Source: the human T2T-CHM13v2.0 reference genome, Homo sapiens
DNA length: 64,000 bases
NCBI RefSeq assembly: GCF_009914755.1
Contig: NC_060947.1
Strand: one strand, 5' to 3'
The notes beneath the pieces are model-generated. The model saw nothing but the letters and a program-made list of their open reading frames with translations, did not search any database and had not been told where the DNA came from. The position numbers and the translations under genes were made by a program. This document shows, piece after piece, positions 15,721 through 31,477 of the stretch (position 1 is its first letter; every line of letters starts with the position of its first letter).

Positions 15721-18700
15721 GATTTTCTAATCTATACTGAGAAAGCTGACAAGGGAGCAGATATGACTGAGAATACTTGTGAGTGATGCCATGAATAGTC
15801 CACCCTACTCTTCCACGTGAAAGATTGGATCGGCTTTTCAGTCTGTGAGAAAACCTGATGGGTTTTTGACTGGGATTTAGAGATTGAATATAGGGTTTAA
15901 TGTAAGGAGAATTGGCATGTATATAACATTTAGCCTTTTCATGCTAGAACATGAGTATTTTACTTATTCATGTCTTCTCATGTTTTTCAGTAAACTAATT
16001 TTCTCCATAAGGGACTTGATCTTTTATTTTAAAATATGAATTCCTAGGTATCTCATTGTATTGCTGTTAATGTAGTGGTATATTTGAAATATATTTGTAC
16101 ACACATTATCTATCTATCTATCTATCTATCTTTATTTCCTTTTACTGATATATAGAAGTACTATTTGTTCCTGTCTAGTTCCTGGAATGCAGGTTTCAGG
16201 ATGGAACGGACTTTTGTCCATTTTCTTTACTGCTGGGCTTCCAACGTCTAGAACAATGCCTGAAAGATAATTTGTGTTCAATAAATATTTCCTCAATGAA
16301 TGAGTTAAATAACCTATTACTTAGAAAATTTGTGAATCTATCTTTTTATCATTTAATACAAAGCGTTTTTATGTAGATTCTCTTGAGTTTTCTATTTAGA
16401 AAAACTTACCTGTGAATGATGGTAGCTATGCTTCTTCCTCTCTGATTCTAATATGTTTTGTCTTAATAGATCTTAAATCTCTAGTCTTAGGTTAAGAGTG
16501 GTAATATTGGACCTACTTCTCTTGCTCTTACTTCTCTTGTATTTAGAGGAAAATGTTCCTACAGTTTCACAATTAAGTATGATATTTACTGTCAATATTT
16601 GGTAGAAACAGTTGATCATATTCAGGATATCGTTTTCTTTCCATTCTCATTTGGTTATTCATTTTTTAAAATCCAGAACCTATCTATTTATGCAACTTAA
16701 AGTTCATTTTTCTTCTTTAAATTGGTAATGTGTTGAATTATATTAATATATGTTCTATTGTTATCTTTGCATTCCTAGAGTCAAACCTTATTTGATCATG
16801 ATATAGTATTATTTATACATTGTGGGAATCACTTCACTAATATTGCATTTAGGGTTTTAGGTCTATATTTGTAATAGAGATTTACTTATATGTACTTATA
16901 TCACTTATATTTACAGCATATTTCTCATATGGTGCTTGTTTGTTTTTGGTACCAGGTTTGTTCCTTCCTCATAAAATGAGTTGAGGGTGGTTCATTGCAA
17001 TACACAAAACTGTTAGAATCTATAGATTACTTTTGGGCTCGTTAGGCTCTCCAGCGGAGTGCTAGCAGTCATACCAGTGGCAGAGGTAGCGGGTAGGCAG
17101 GATAGGGGCATATATGTTCAGCTGTGAGTTTTCTAGAAACTGAGACGGGAAGTGGTCTTTTATTTTCACCTTTTAATATGTGTAGTGTTAAAGGTATAAT
17201 CTTGGAAGCAGCCTGTCTAGCCAATTCCATGCTTTGTCACTTAATAGATTTGCATTCTTGGTCAAATATCTTAACCTTACTGTGTCACAGGTTTTTCATA
17301 TGTGACATAGAGTAGTGGTGAGGATGAAATAAATTGACACAGTTAAATTGCTTATAGCCTCTGACATGCATTAATTACTCAGTGAATGTTCGTTTTCCTT
17401 CTCCCGTTTTTTGACCTTTTTCTTTCCTTCTTTCTTCTTCCTATCAACTCTCCATTTTTTCTCTCTTCCATTTTGGTACAATGCCCATAGGATCAGTTGT
17501 GTCTGGTGCCTAGGAAGCCAGAATATTTTGCTTTAACATCTTCAAATAGTATATTTCCCTGCCAGATTGACAGAGGTTTAGACACCTATTCGTTGTGGGA
17601 TAGGTGTGTAGACCTACTTCTTTTACCAATATTTAGATAATCTAGTTTTCAGCTCCACCCATTTACTCTTACATTCAATTCTGAACTATTCTGGAATTCT
17701 GTGGCCCAAATAAGCTTCCATCTTGGCTTCTTGTACTGCTGATGACTTAAATGTGCAATTCCCATTGGGTATGCTGTCCAACTTTAACAAAATGGGTTGC
17801 CTCTTCTCTATTTTTCTTGTATGTTTCTAATTTTTACATTCATTTTTCAAAAGTTTTGCTTTTAAATAAGTATTTATATGGTTAAAAAATTAAAACAATA
17901 CCAAAAACAATTCAATGAAAAGTCTCATTTTTCTCCTACACATGCAGATAGTGACAATTTTCTGTTTCTTGTTTATCCTTTTAGAATTTTTTAGGCAAAA
18001 TCAATCAAACATAAATATTTGTTTTTTTTTCTTTTCTATATGAGAAAGGTAGCATACAGTCTACATACTGTACTACTGAACATTGCTTATTCTTTTTAAA
18101 CTTCACATTGTATCCTGATGATCTTTTCAAATAAGTATATAGAGAGGTTTCTCATTCATTTTTTTAAGTTGCTAAATAGTACTCCATTATATGATTGTAA
18201 CACAGTTTATTTATTGATTCACTGTGAACAGACAGTTGAATTCTTTCTCATTTTATGCGTTGTAAATAATGCAACAGTGAATTAATTTATACTTCTCTGA
18301 TGTTTAACTCATGCATGTATACTTGTAGAATAAATTCCAAGAGGAAGGATTGCTTCATCAGTGCATAAATGTATTTGTAATTTTAATAGATATTCACAAA
18401 TTTCCCTTCAGTGGGATTTTACATTACACTTTCATCAGCAATGTATGGGAATGTGTGTTTCCCCCAGACTTGCCAACGACGAGTTATCAAACTTTTAGAT
18501 TATTTGCCAATCTGATAGGTAAAAAATGCTATCTAATCAAAACTGTAATCTCTATTTATTTAGTGACATTGGCCATTTTTATATGTTTGATGGCAATTTG
18601 CAATCTTTTTTTGTAAGCTATTCATATTTTTTTTGCTCATCATTATTGGATTACTGATCTCTTTAATACTATTTTAGGGAGATCAGAACTTTGTAATAAT

Positions 18701-21700
18701 ATGAGTTTCAAATTATTTCTAAATATGTCATTATCATTTTGACCTTGCTAAATTTTTGTAATATAGAAATTAACGGGTGTTTTTCTCATAGTCTACATCA
18801 ATTTTTCTTTTATGGTTTCCAGATTCAGAGCCATTAGAGAAGTTTATTTCCGATTCTAAGGTTATAAAGAAATTTGTCTATTTTTTCTTTTATTACTTTT
18901 ATAATTTCATTTTAAAAAAATATTTGTCACATGTGGAGTGATGGTATTTTGCATGAGTAAATTCAACTTGATTTTTCCCATTCATATGGCTGTACAGTTG
19001 TTTCAAAGTCATTTACTACAAAGTTTTCTCCCAAATTGATATCTATTTCAGAAACAGATATGTAAGTTTATTTCTAGAACTGCCATGGCATTCTCCTGTT
19101 CATATGCTCCATATATTTTTTTCATTACTGAGGCTTCATAATAATATTTGGTAGGATTAATTTCTTCCCATTGTTTTTTGTTTTCAGAATTTTACTGTAT
19201 ATTTTTGTTATCTTATTTTTTATATGAATAATAGAATCAGCTTGTCTAGTACAAAACAAAACTCTGTGTGTAGTTTTGTTGATATCATGTTAAGTTAATA
19301 AATTAATAATCCTCTAAAGAGTGACATTTTAATAATATGGACTTTTCTCTCTTAATAACATGGGGTAGTAAAGGTATTATATGAAAGTTTAATTATAAAG
19401 ATAAACCTTAAAATAAAAACATGTAACTTTCTAACTTTTGGTTGTCTACGACTAAAAACAAAACTAAGAAAACAGGTTATGTAATAAAAGACACACAGAA
19501 ATGACAGAACAAATACAAAATCTTTCTGTCATCATAAAATTTAATTGGGCTGAATCCATTGGTTAAGAGAAAAATAATTTTAATTAGATCATGAAACAAT
19601 TCAAGTCTACAGTGTACACAAGAGACATTTTAAAATAATGTGATTTTTTAGGTTAAAATTAAAATGATTGGCAGATACATCCTAGGTAAATAGAAACAAA
19701 AAAATCGGTCTCAAAATCTGAATATTCAACTCAATGTAATTCAAGCCTTTGAAACATTACATGAGACAAAGAAGAACACTTTATAATTCTAAGTAATATT
19801 ATTAACAAGAAAGATGTGTGTGTGTGTGTGTGTGTGTGCGCATGTGTGCATTTTCCTGAAAACATTTTTTTTTCAATTTTATTCTTTAATAATACCTAGC
19901 TGAGTATAGAATTTTAGGAAGCTAGTTATTTCCCCTACACTATTTTGAGGGTTTATTTTCTATTCTCAATAACTATTCTCTGACGTTGTTAGTACTATTG
20001 AGATAGCTGTTACCAGTTTGTCATTTCTTTTTTAGATAAACTGAATTTTTTACAGTTGCTTTTCAGGTTTTCCATTTGTTTTCAATATCCTGTATCGTGT
20101 TGCATGTGGATTTTATTTGACTTTTCCTGCTGAGATTAAAGAGTGTGCTCCTTCCTAATAATTCTTTATTTCATCAATTGTGGAAGAAAAAGCCAATTAT
20201 TATTCCTATTCTCTATTTCTGGGATTTGATGAGAAATATGTTTATTGTCTGATACTTTCCCCCACATCTCTTAATCTCTTAGTTTACATTTCTTTTTTTC
20301 TTTTGTTACATATTCTTGGTAACTGAATCATTGATAGCTTCCAGTTCAATATAGTTTATTCGTCTATGATTTTTTTCTTTCTAATTTTTGTGGGTACATA
20401 ATAGGTGTATATATTTATGGGATACATGAGTTATTTTGATACAGGCATCCAATGTGTAATAATCGCATCATGTAGAATGGGATCTCCATCCCTTCAAGCA
20501 TGTATCCTTTATGTTACAAACAATTCAATTATTCTATTTTAGATATTTAAAAATGTATAATTAAATTATTGACTATAGTCACTGTGATGTGCTATCAAAT
20601 ACTAGGTCTTATTCATTCTTTCTAATTATTTTTTTGTACCCATTAACCACTCCCACCTCCCCCATACTACCCACTACCCCTCCCAACTTCTGGGAACCAT
20701 CCTTCTATTCTACCTGTATGAATTCAATTATTTTAATTTTAAAATCCCACAAATAAGTAAGAGCATGCAATATTTGTCTTTCTGTGCCTGGATTATGCAC
20801 TTAGCATAACGGCCTCTGATTCTATTCACGTTGTTGCAAATGACAGTATCTCACTCTTTTTCAAGGATAAATAGTACTCCATGGTGTATATATATCACAT
20901 TTTCTTAATCCATTTATCCGTGGATGAACACCTAGGTGGTTACCAAATACTGGGGGGTATTGTGGCCAGTGCTGCAACAAACATGGGAGTGCAGATATCT
21001 TCTATATATGAATTTCCTTTCTTTTATGGTATACCTAGCAGTGGCATTGCTGGATCATATGGTAGCTTTATTTTTAATTTTTGGAGAAGACTCAAAACTG
21101 ATCTCCATAGTGGTTGTACTAATTTATATTCCCACCAACAGTGTATGAGTGTTTCCTTTTCTCCACATCCTAGCCAGCATTGGTGATTGCCTGTCTGTCT
21201 TTTGGATATAAGCCATTATAAATGAGTTGAAATGATATCTCATTTTAGTTTTGATTTGCATGGCTCTGATGATCAGTGATGTTGAGCACCTTTTCACATG
21301 CCTATTTGCCATTGCTATGTTTTCTCTTGAGAAATGTCTTCTCAAATCTTTTGCCCATTTTTTGATTGGATTATTAATTTTTTTTCCTATAGAGTTGTTT
21401 GAGTTCTTTATATATTCTGGTTATTAATCCCTTCTCAAATGGGTACTTTGCAAATATTTTCTTCTACTCTGTGGGTTGTTTCTTCCCTTTGTTTATTGTT
21501 TTCTTTGCTGTGCAGAAGCTTTTTAACTTGATGTGATCACATCTATCCATATTTGCTTTGGTTTCCTGTGCTTGTGGGGTATTGCTCAAGAAATTTTTGC
21601 CCAGACCAATGTCCTGGAGGGTTTCCACATTGTTTTCTTGTAGTAGTTTCATAATTTGAGTTCTCAGACTTAAGTCTTCAATTTATTTTGATTTGATTTT

Positions 21701-24700
21701 TGAGCAGGGTAAGAGATAGGGGTCTAGTTTCATTCTTGTGCATATAGATACCCAGTCTTCTCAGCACCATTTATTGAAGAGACTGTCTTTTCCCTAGTGT
21801 ATATTCTTGGGATCTCTGTTGAAAATGAGTTCACATTAGGTGTGTGGAATTGGGTTTGTTTCTGGGTTTTCTATTCTTTTCCACTGGTCTATGTGTCTGG
21901 ATTTTTTGTTTGTTTGTTAGTTTTTGTCAGTACCATGCTCTTTTGATGACCTTAGCTCCGTAGTTTAATTTGAAGTCAGGTAACACGATTCCTCTGGGTT
22001 TGTTCTTTTTGCTTAAGATAGCTTTGGCTATTCTGGGCCTTTTGTAGTTCCACATAAATTTTAATTTTTTTTTTATTTCTGTGAAGAATGTCATTGGTAT
22101 TTTGATAGGGAATGCATTGAATATGTAGATTACTCTGGGTAGCATGGACATTTTAACAATATTTATTCTTCCAGTTGATGAACATGAAATATAATTTTAT
22201 TTTTTGGCATCCTCTTCAATTTCTCTCATCTTTGTTCTGTAGTTTTCATTATAGAGATATTTCACTTATTTAAGTTAATTTCTAGGTATTTAATTTTATT
22301 TGGGGCTATGTTAAATGGTATTGCCTTTTAAATTCTTTTTCTGATTGTTCACTGTTGGCATATAGAAATGCTATTGATTTTTGTATGTTGATTTCGTATC
22401 CTGCAACTTTACTGAATTTGTCAGTACTGATGGATTTTTAGTAAAGTCTTTAGGATTTGACGAATATAAAATTGTATCATCTACAAACAGAATTATTTGG
22501 CTTCTTCCTTTCCTGTTTGGATGATATTATTTCTCTCTCTTTTCTGATTGCTTTAGCTAAGACTTCCAGTACTATGTAGAATATCAAAGGTAAAAGTGGG
22601 CATCCTTGTCACATTCTAGATCTTAGAGAAAAGGCATTCAGCTTTTCCCCATTCAGTATGATACTAGCTGTGGGTCTGTTGTATATGGCTTTTACAATGT
22701 TGAGATATGTTCCCTCTATACCCAGTTCTTTGAGGGTTTTTACCATGAAGAAATGTTGAATTTTATCAAATGCATTTTCAGTATGAATTGCAATTATTGT
22801 GTGGTTTTTGTTCTTCATTTTGTTTATATGATGTATTGCATTGATTAATTTGCATGTTGAACCATCCTTGCATCCCAGGGATTAATTCCACTTGCTTATA
22901 ATGAATGATTGTTTTAATATATTGTTGAATTCGGTTTGCTAGTATTTTTTTCCTTATATTCAGATTTTTTAGTTGGTTTACTAGCATTTTATTGAAATTT
23001 TTTACATCAGTATTGCCCAGATATTGGCATGTAGTTTTCCTTTTTTGATGTGTCTTTGTCTGGTTTTGGTATCAGGGTAATACTGGCCTCATAGAATGAG
23101 TTGGGATGTATTCCCTCCTCCTCTATTTTTTTGGAAGACTTTGAGTAGAAATGGTATTCTTCTTTAAATGTTTAGTAGAATTCAGCAGTGAAGCCATTGG
23201 GTTTCAGGGTTTTCTTTACTGGAAGACTGCTCATTAAGGCTTCAATCTTGTTACTTGTTATTGGTCTGTTGAGGTTTTGAATTTCTTTATGGTTCAATCT
23301 TGGTATGTTATATGTGTCTAGGGATTTGTCTCTTTCTTCTAGATTTTCCATTTTATTGGCATATAGTTGCTCATAGTAGCCACTAATAATCCTTTGAATT
23401 TCTGCCGTATTAGATGTAATGCCCCCTTTTCCATCTCTGAATTTATTTATTTTAGTATTCTCTCTTTTATTTCTTAGTCTGGCTAAAAGTTTGTTGATTT
23501 TGTTTAACTTTTCAAAAACACAGCTTTTTGTTCATTGATCTTTTGTATTCTTTTCTTCAAGTATAATTCACTATTTTTTTCTCTGACCTTTATTATTTAT
23601 TTGCTTTTACTAATTTGGGATTTGCTTTTGCTTTTCTATGTCTTTAAGATGAGTCCTTAGGATTGTTTATTTGAAGGATGTCTTCTTTTTGGATGTATGC
23701 ATTTATAGCTGTAAACTTCCCTCTTAGTACTGCTTTTGATGTCTCCCATATGTTTTGGTATATTGTGTTTCTATTATCATATTTCAAGAAAGTTTTCAAT
23801 TTCCTTCTTAAATTATTCATTGACCCACTGGTAATTCAGGAGCATATTGTTTAATTTCCATATATTTTTGTATAGTTTCCAAAATTCCTATCATTGTTGA
23901 ATTCCAGTTTTATTCCATTGTGCACAGAGAATATGCTTGATATAATTTCAATTTTGTCAATGTTTTAAGACTGGTTTGTGACCTACCTTATCATCTATCC
24001 TTGAGAATGATACATGTGCTGAGGAAAATAATGTGTACTCTGCAGGTGCTGGATGAAATCCCCTATAAATATTTATTAGAAATATTTGGAATATAGTGCA
24101 GATTAAATTCCATATTTATTTGTTGACTTTTCTGTCTGGAATATCTTTTCAATCCTGAGTATGGGGTGTTGAAATCTCCAGCTATTATTATATTGGTGTC
24201 TATCTCTTTCTTTAGCTCTAAGAATATTTGCTTTATATAACTGAGTGGTCCAGTGTTGGGGGCATATATATTTAAAATCGTTATATCCTTGTATTGAATG
24301 GACAACTATATTTTCATATAGTGACCTTCTGTTTCTCTTCTTATGGTTTTTGTCTTGAAATCTATTTTGACTGACATAAGTACAGCTACTCCTACTCTTT
24401 TTTGGTTTCCATTGGCATGGAATATCTTTTTCTAACCCTTCATTTTCTATGTATGCCTTTTTAGGTGATCTGCTTGTTGTAGGCAACAAATCAGTGGGTC
24501 TTGTCTTCTTTTTTTTTTTTTTAATCCATTCAGCTAATCTATGTCTTTTGACTGGAGAATTCAGTCTTTTACATTCAATGTTATTATTGATAAGTAAGGA
24601 CTTATTCCCGCCATTTTCTGATATGTTTTCTGGCTGTTTTGTGGTCTTCTCTTTTTTTTTTTCTTTCCTTCCTGTCTTTTTTTTAGGGAAGGTGATTTTC

Positions 24701-24864
24701 TCTGGTGATAGGACTTGGTTTCTTGCTTTTTATTTTTTGTGTATCTCTTATATGTTTTTGGTTTGAGGTTACCATGAGGCTTGCAAATACTATCTTATAG
24801 CCCATTATATTAGGCTAATAACAAGTTAACACTGCGTAATCAAACAACCAAAAAGAAATGTGCT

Positions 24865-25164
24865 GGCCAGGCGCAGCGGCTCACGCCTGTAATCCCAGCA
24901 CTTTGGGAGGTTGAGGCAGATGGATCATGAGGTCAGAAGATCAAGACCATCCTGGCTAACACGGTGAAACCCTGTCTCTACTAAAAATACAAAAAATTAG
25001 CCAGGCTTGGTGGTGGGCGCCTGTAGTCCCAGCTACTTGGGAGGCTGAGGCAGGAGAATGGCCTGAACCCAGGAGGCGGAGCTACCAGTGAGCCGAGATT
25101 GCACCACTGCGCTCAAGCCTGGGCGAAAGAGCAAGACTCCATTTAAAAAAAAAAAAAAAAAAAA
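24865..25164 (+). mobile_element. AluY-like
   Basis: ACCATCCTGGCTAACACGG diagnostic; TSD AAAAGAAATGTGCT. Confidence 0.92.
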
Positions 25165-25957
25165 AAAAGAAATGTGCTAAAAACTCTACACCTTAAATCT
25201 GTCTCTCTGCTTTCTAACTTTTTTTTGTTTTTATTTATATCTTATTATACTGTTTATGTCTTGAAAAGTTGTTGTAGTTATTATTTTTAATTGGTTCATT
25301 GTTTTATCTTTCTCCTTCAGAGTAGTTTACACACCACAGTTACAGGGTCATAATATTCTGTGTTTTTCCGTGTGCTTACAACTACCAGTGTTTTTTGTAT
25401 CTTGAGATGATGTCGTATGGCTCATTAACATCCTTTTCTTTCCTGTTGAAGTACTTCCTGTAGCATTTCTTGTAGGACAGGTCTAGTGTTGATGAAAACT
25501 TTCAGCTTTTGTTTGTCTGGGAAAATCTTTATTTCTTCTTCATGTTCGAAGGATATTTTCACTGGACATACTATGTTAGAGTAAAAGGATTTTTTCATCA
25601 CTTTAAATATATCATGCCTCTCTATCTGGGCCTATAAGGTTTCCAATAAAAAGTCTGTTGTCAGATATATTGTAGCTCCATTTTATGTTATTGGTTCCTT
25701 TTCTCTTGCTCTTTTTAGGATCCTTTCTTTATCCCTCATCTTTGAGAGTTTGATTATTAAATGCCTTGAGATAGTCTTGTTTGGGTTAAATCTGCTGGGT
25801 GTTCTACAACCTTCTTGTGCTTGGATATTGATATCTTTCTCTAGGCTTGGAAAGTTCTCTGTTATGCCTTTGAATAAAGTTTCTACCATTACCTATTTTT
25901 CTACCTCCTCTTTAAGGCCAATAACTCTTTGATTTGCCCTTTTGAGGCTATTTTCCT

Positions 25958-26367
<410 letters not shown>

Positions 26368-28249
26368 TCAGACATGAAGCCAGCACAGCACTGAGTCATG
26401 CTCATGGCTTACTGTAACCACTCCCTGGCTACTGCCTATATTCTGTCAAGGCCCCGAGGCTCTAAATCAGCAGGTGGCAAAGTCCGCCAGGCCTGTGTTC
26501 TTCCCTTCAGGGTGGTGAGGTCCTCCAGGTCCTGTGTGGGTCCTAAGGTACCTTGTGGGAGTCAGAGACTAGAGTCAAAAATCCTAGAAGTTTACCTGGT
26601 GTTCTATTATACTGTGCCTGAGCTGGCACTCCAATAATGAGATACAGTCCTTCCCACTCTTCCCTCAAAGGCAGAGAAGACTCAACCTGTAGCCATAGCC
26701 GTCACAGGCCATGGAGAGTCACACCAGACTACCTCTGATGTTCCCTTAATGCTCAAGGGCTCTTCATTCAGCGTGTGTTGAATCCTGCCCATCCTAGGAT
26801 TTATCCTTCAAGGAAGTGGTCCCCATTCTAAACCAGGGCAAGTCCAGAAATGCTATCTAAGATCCAAGACCTGGAAGTGGAGACATCAAGAGCCTGCTAG
26901 GTGCTGTATTCCCCTGAGGCTGAGCTGGTACCTAAGGTGCAAGACAAAGTCCTCTGCAATTTTTCCTCCACTCTTTTCAAGCAGAAGGAGTCTCGCCTTG
27001 TAACTACCACAGCTGAAAATGTGTTTAGTATCACCTGAAGCCGGCAAGTCTCATTGTCTCACCCAAGGCCCTCATCATAGTACCTGGGTATCACTGCTGG
27101 TTTTTCAGGGCCCAAGGGCTCTTTACATAGCAGGTGATGTTTCCAGGACTGTTTATTCCCCTTCAAGGCATCAGGTTCCCTTCTGGCCCACAGTATGTCT
27201 AGAAATGTCATCTGGCAACTAGAACCTGAAAACGGGGTCTTGTGACTCTGTTCTGTGCCCTAGCCTGCTGGGCCTAAGCTAGTATCCAAGAGGCAAAACA
27301 AATTACTTGTCACTCTTCCCTCTCCTCTCCTCAAGCAGGGGAAAGGGTCTCTTGGAACCAGGATATGTACGGCCCGTGATTAAGGGTGACGTGATGCCAG
27401 CATTCCCTTGATCTCTCTGCTGGTGTCCCAATAGATCATGTGCCACCCAATTCCACTGGCCCTGGGACTAGTTCAGCACTAGAATTCACCTAAGTGTTGC
27501 AGTCTTTGTGGCCTCAGCTGCCTATCAAGTGCATTCAAAGCCCCAAGAGCGCTTTAGCCCACGGTGACAAGGCTTCCAGGAACTCAAGTTCTGATCGCTG
27601 GAATAAGCTATTCTTTTCTGACTAGGGCAGGTTTAAGTACTCCCTCCGTGGGTGGACGTCAGCTGAGTTTGACTCAGTTTGACTGAGGGCACCACTGAGA
27701 TCAGTGTCTCACAATTGCTGCACTCTTCCTCTCCCCAAAGCACGGAAAGAATCTCTACACTCTTCTGCCACTGCTGAGAGATGGAAGAGGGAGGGTGTCA
27801 GCAATTCAAGACCGTTTTTTTTCTACCATTTATCCATCTATGTTTGATGAGTTTTAAATCTTAATGTATTACTTTTTATTAGTAAAAGATTACTTTGGTT
27901 ATTTTTCCTCCCTGCCTGTTTCTCTTTGGAGAGAATCTTTATTATGGTGAGTAAGAACACAAATTCTGAAGCCAATTTGCTTGGTATGCAGTATGTTCCC
28001 ACCATGTACTAACTATGAGAACTCAAGGAAATTCACCTTTCTTCTGGATGCCTCCATTCCCTCAGCCATAAAGTTAGGATGCAAGTGGTTTTCTATCATA
28101 GCTAATCTCTTGGCTTACTCACTGTACTCACTTGTCTTGTAACTCTGTCATCCCTTATTTTACAAAGTTCCTCATTAAATTACCTCTATTTTTAATAGTG
28201 GTTTCTGTTTTCTTGAATGTACTCAGTTTCTTATTTCTGTTTCCACCCC

Positions 28250-28446
28250 CTGATTTATTGAAGTATAATTGACAAATACAGATTGTGTATATTCAAGCGT
28301 TACAGCATGATGACTTGAATATATCTATATCTATAGATATATTCAATTATTCTATATATACACACATATGTAAATGTATATGTAGATACACACATTTTGT
28401 GATAATTACCAAAATCAAGTTAGCACATTCATCACAGACCATAGTT

Positions 28447-28488
<42 letters not shown>

Positions 28489-30520
28489 TGAGGACTCAAA
28501 ATCTGCTTTCTTCTTGTAACCAGTCTCAGGTTCAGCTGCTTATGTCCCAAAAACAAAATTTCAGAGACAAGCATTGGTGGATGGGAAGAAATGTAGGTTT
28601 ATTCAGGAGCCGGCAGCCCAAGGAGATGGTGGACTTGTTTTGCAAAGATATTTCAATTTTCTCAGACTTGCAGAAGGGGATTTACGGGGGAAGAGGCTTG
28701 GTAAACTATGTGTAGGAGTTAGCTATGCGGTTCAGCACGTCTGATTGTGATTATTATCTTGAGTAATGGGCCATCTAAATGTCTAGCTGATGTCATCTAA
28801 ACTGAAACAAGATTGAAGATTAACTGTTCAGCATTTTTTTTTCTGGGGAGAATGTTTCACAGTCTTGGTTTTATCTCATAATTAGTTCCTGGAATTCTTA
28901 AGCAAGCACACGGTAAGGCACGGTAAAAGAAAGCATATGGCAATTTGCTTTCAAAGTGGAGTGAGTGCTTCAGTTACATTATCAAATTTCAAGTAAACAA
29001 TACAGTATAATTAATTATAGTTACCATGCTCTGCATGAAATCCCCAGATCTTATTCTCTTACAATGGAAAGTTTGTACTCATTGACTAACATCTCCCCAT
29101 TTCTCCATCTCCAGACCCTGGCAACCAGGATTCTACTCTTTGCTTCTTAGTTCAAAGTGTTTAGATTCCACATACAAGTGAGATCACATAGTATCTGTCT
29201 CTGTGATTGCCTTATTTCAATTAGTATAATGTTGTCCAGGTTCATTGATGTTGTCACAATTTGCAGAATTTCTTTTATTGGTTGAACAGTATTCATCTGT
29301 ATATCTACCTGTCTATATCTCTATCTAATATTTTCTTTATTCATTCACCTATTGAGAGACACTTACATTGTTTACATTTTATATCTTAGTTATTGTGAAT
29401 AATGCTGCAATGAACATTGGAATACAGATATCTCTTCCGGATACTGATCTCATTTCCTTTGGAAATATGCCTAGATGTGGGATTGCTTGATTTTATGGTA
29501 TGTCTATTTTTATTTTTTTTGAGAAACCTCCATAGTATTTTCCATAATGGCTGTACTAATTTACATTCTAATTAACAGTGTACAAGGGTTTCCTTTTCTC
29601 CACACCCTCACTATCGCTTGTTCTCTCAGGTTTTTGATCATTGCCATCCTAACAGGTACGATTTTGATTTGCATTTCCCTGATGACAAATAATGTTAAGC
29701 ATCTTTTCACATACCGGTTGGCCATTGCATGTTTTCTTTGGGAAAATTTCCATCTGAATCTTTTACTCATTTTTACTTGGATTATTTAGTGCTTTTTTTG
29801 TATTTTGGGTGGTTTCTTTTGCCCTTTAGTTCCCTATATATTTTAAACATTAACCCTTCATCAGATACAAGGTTTGCAACTATTTTCTCCCATTTCGTAG
29901 GATGCATTTTTATTTTGTTGGTTGTTTCCTTTGTTATGCAGAGGTATTTAGTTTGACATAGTCCTACTTGTTTCTTTTTGCTTTTATTGCTGTGTTTTTG
30001 ATGTAATATTCAAAAAATCATTACCAAGACCAATGTTAAGGAGATTTTCTACCACATTTTCTTCTAGGAGGTTTATGGATTCAGCTCTTACATCTAAATT
30101 TTTAAATCATTTCAAGTTAACTTTTGTATGTGTTGTAAGACAATAGTCTAATTTCATTCCTTTGCATATAGATGTCCAGTTTTTCCAGGAACATTTATTA
30201 AAGAGACTTTCCTTTCCCCCATTGTGTGTTCTTAGGCCTCTTGTCAAACATTATTTGACCATACATGTATAAGTTAATTTCTGGGCTCTCTGTGCTTTTC
30301 CATTGATGAATCTCCCTATTTTTATGCCAGTACCATTCTGTTTCCATTACTAGTACTTTGTAATGTATTTTGAAGGCAACCCGTGTAAGGCCTCCAGCTT
30401 TGTTCTTCTTTCTCAAGATTCCTTTAGCTATTTAACATCTTTTATGGTTCCGTACAGATTTAGGATTGTTTTATCTATTCCTGTGAAAAGTGCCATTGGA
30501 ATTTTGATAAGAATTGCATT
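28250..30520 (-). mobile_element. Old L1M 3' portion with (TG)n and LTR insertion
   Basis: ORF2 C-terminal-like peptides on minus strand (IREMQIK, WYWHKNR). Confidence 0.8.
28515..28978. mobile_element. ERV1-class solo LTR
   Basis: TGTAAC...GTTACA terminal inverted ends; TSD TTCT/TTAT. Confidence 0.65.
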
Positions 30521-31477
30521 TATCTTTTGGTATTTAGTTCTTCATTCATTTTTTTAGGTATCGGAGTGTATTTTTTTCCTAATTTTAAAAATTGTAGTAA
30601 AATACACATAATATAAAATTTACTATTTTAAGTGTAGAGTTCACTTCAGTAGTATTAAATACACTCATAATGTTTTGCAACCATAACCACCATCCATATC
30701 CACAACCTCTTTTCTCTATCAAAACGGAACACTATAACCATTAAAAACTAGCTCCCCTTTGCCCTCTTCCTCCAGCTGCTGACAACCACCATTCTACTTT
30801 CTGTCTTTATAATTTTGACTACTGTAAGTATCTCATATAATTTGAATCATGTTGTCTTTTAGTGACTGGCTTGTTTCACTAAATATAATGCTCTCAAGGT
30901 TCATCCATGTTGTAGCATGTGTAAAAATTTCCTTTTTAAGGCTAAATAATACCTATTTATTTTAGTACAAGAGATTTATATTTCTTTCCTATAAATTCAA
31001 TTTTGCATGGTTTATAACATTGTTATATTCTATTATTTATTGATTTCTGTAATAATATAGTTTTCTGGTTGTCTTTGTTGCACATTATGCCAGACCTGTG
31101 CATTTATAACATATATTATGTACCAAAGGGGGATATATTGTAGTATTAGCATCAGTACATTAGGTACATGGAAATAAAAAAGAAACTGTTATGCATAATG
31201 ATATTTTATCTTCTCAAGCTTAATGAAGTGCTTTTGTAGGGCTTAAGTAGTTTAGGTGCCTAAAGGGAATTGTTTGGAAACTAACTGATTGGCTGGTAAA
31301 GGTGGAGGAATAATTTTTAACCTGGGACACTATCATAAAGAAATGCCTCAGAGTTAATTTTCATTTAACTGAAGTAGAAAAAAAATTGACTAAACTACAG
31401 ATTTTATGTAATTGGCAATTGTAACCATTGTTGACCATAAGGAATTATTAAATATGATGTCTATTGTGTATTCATAG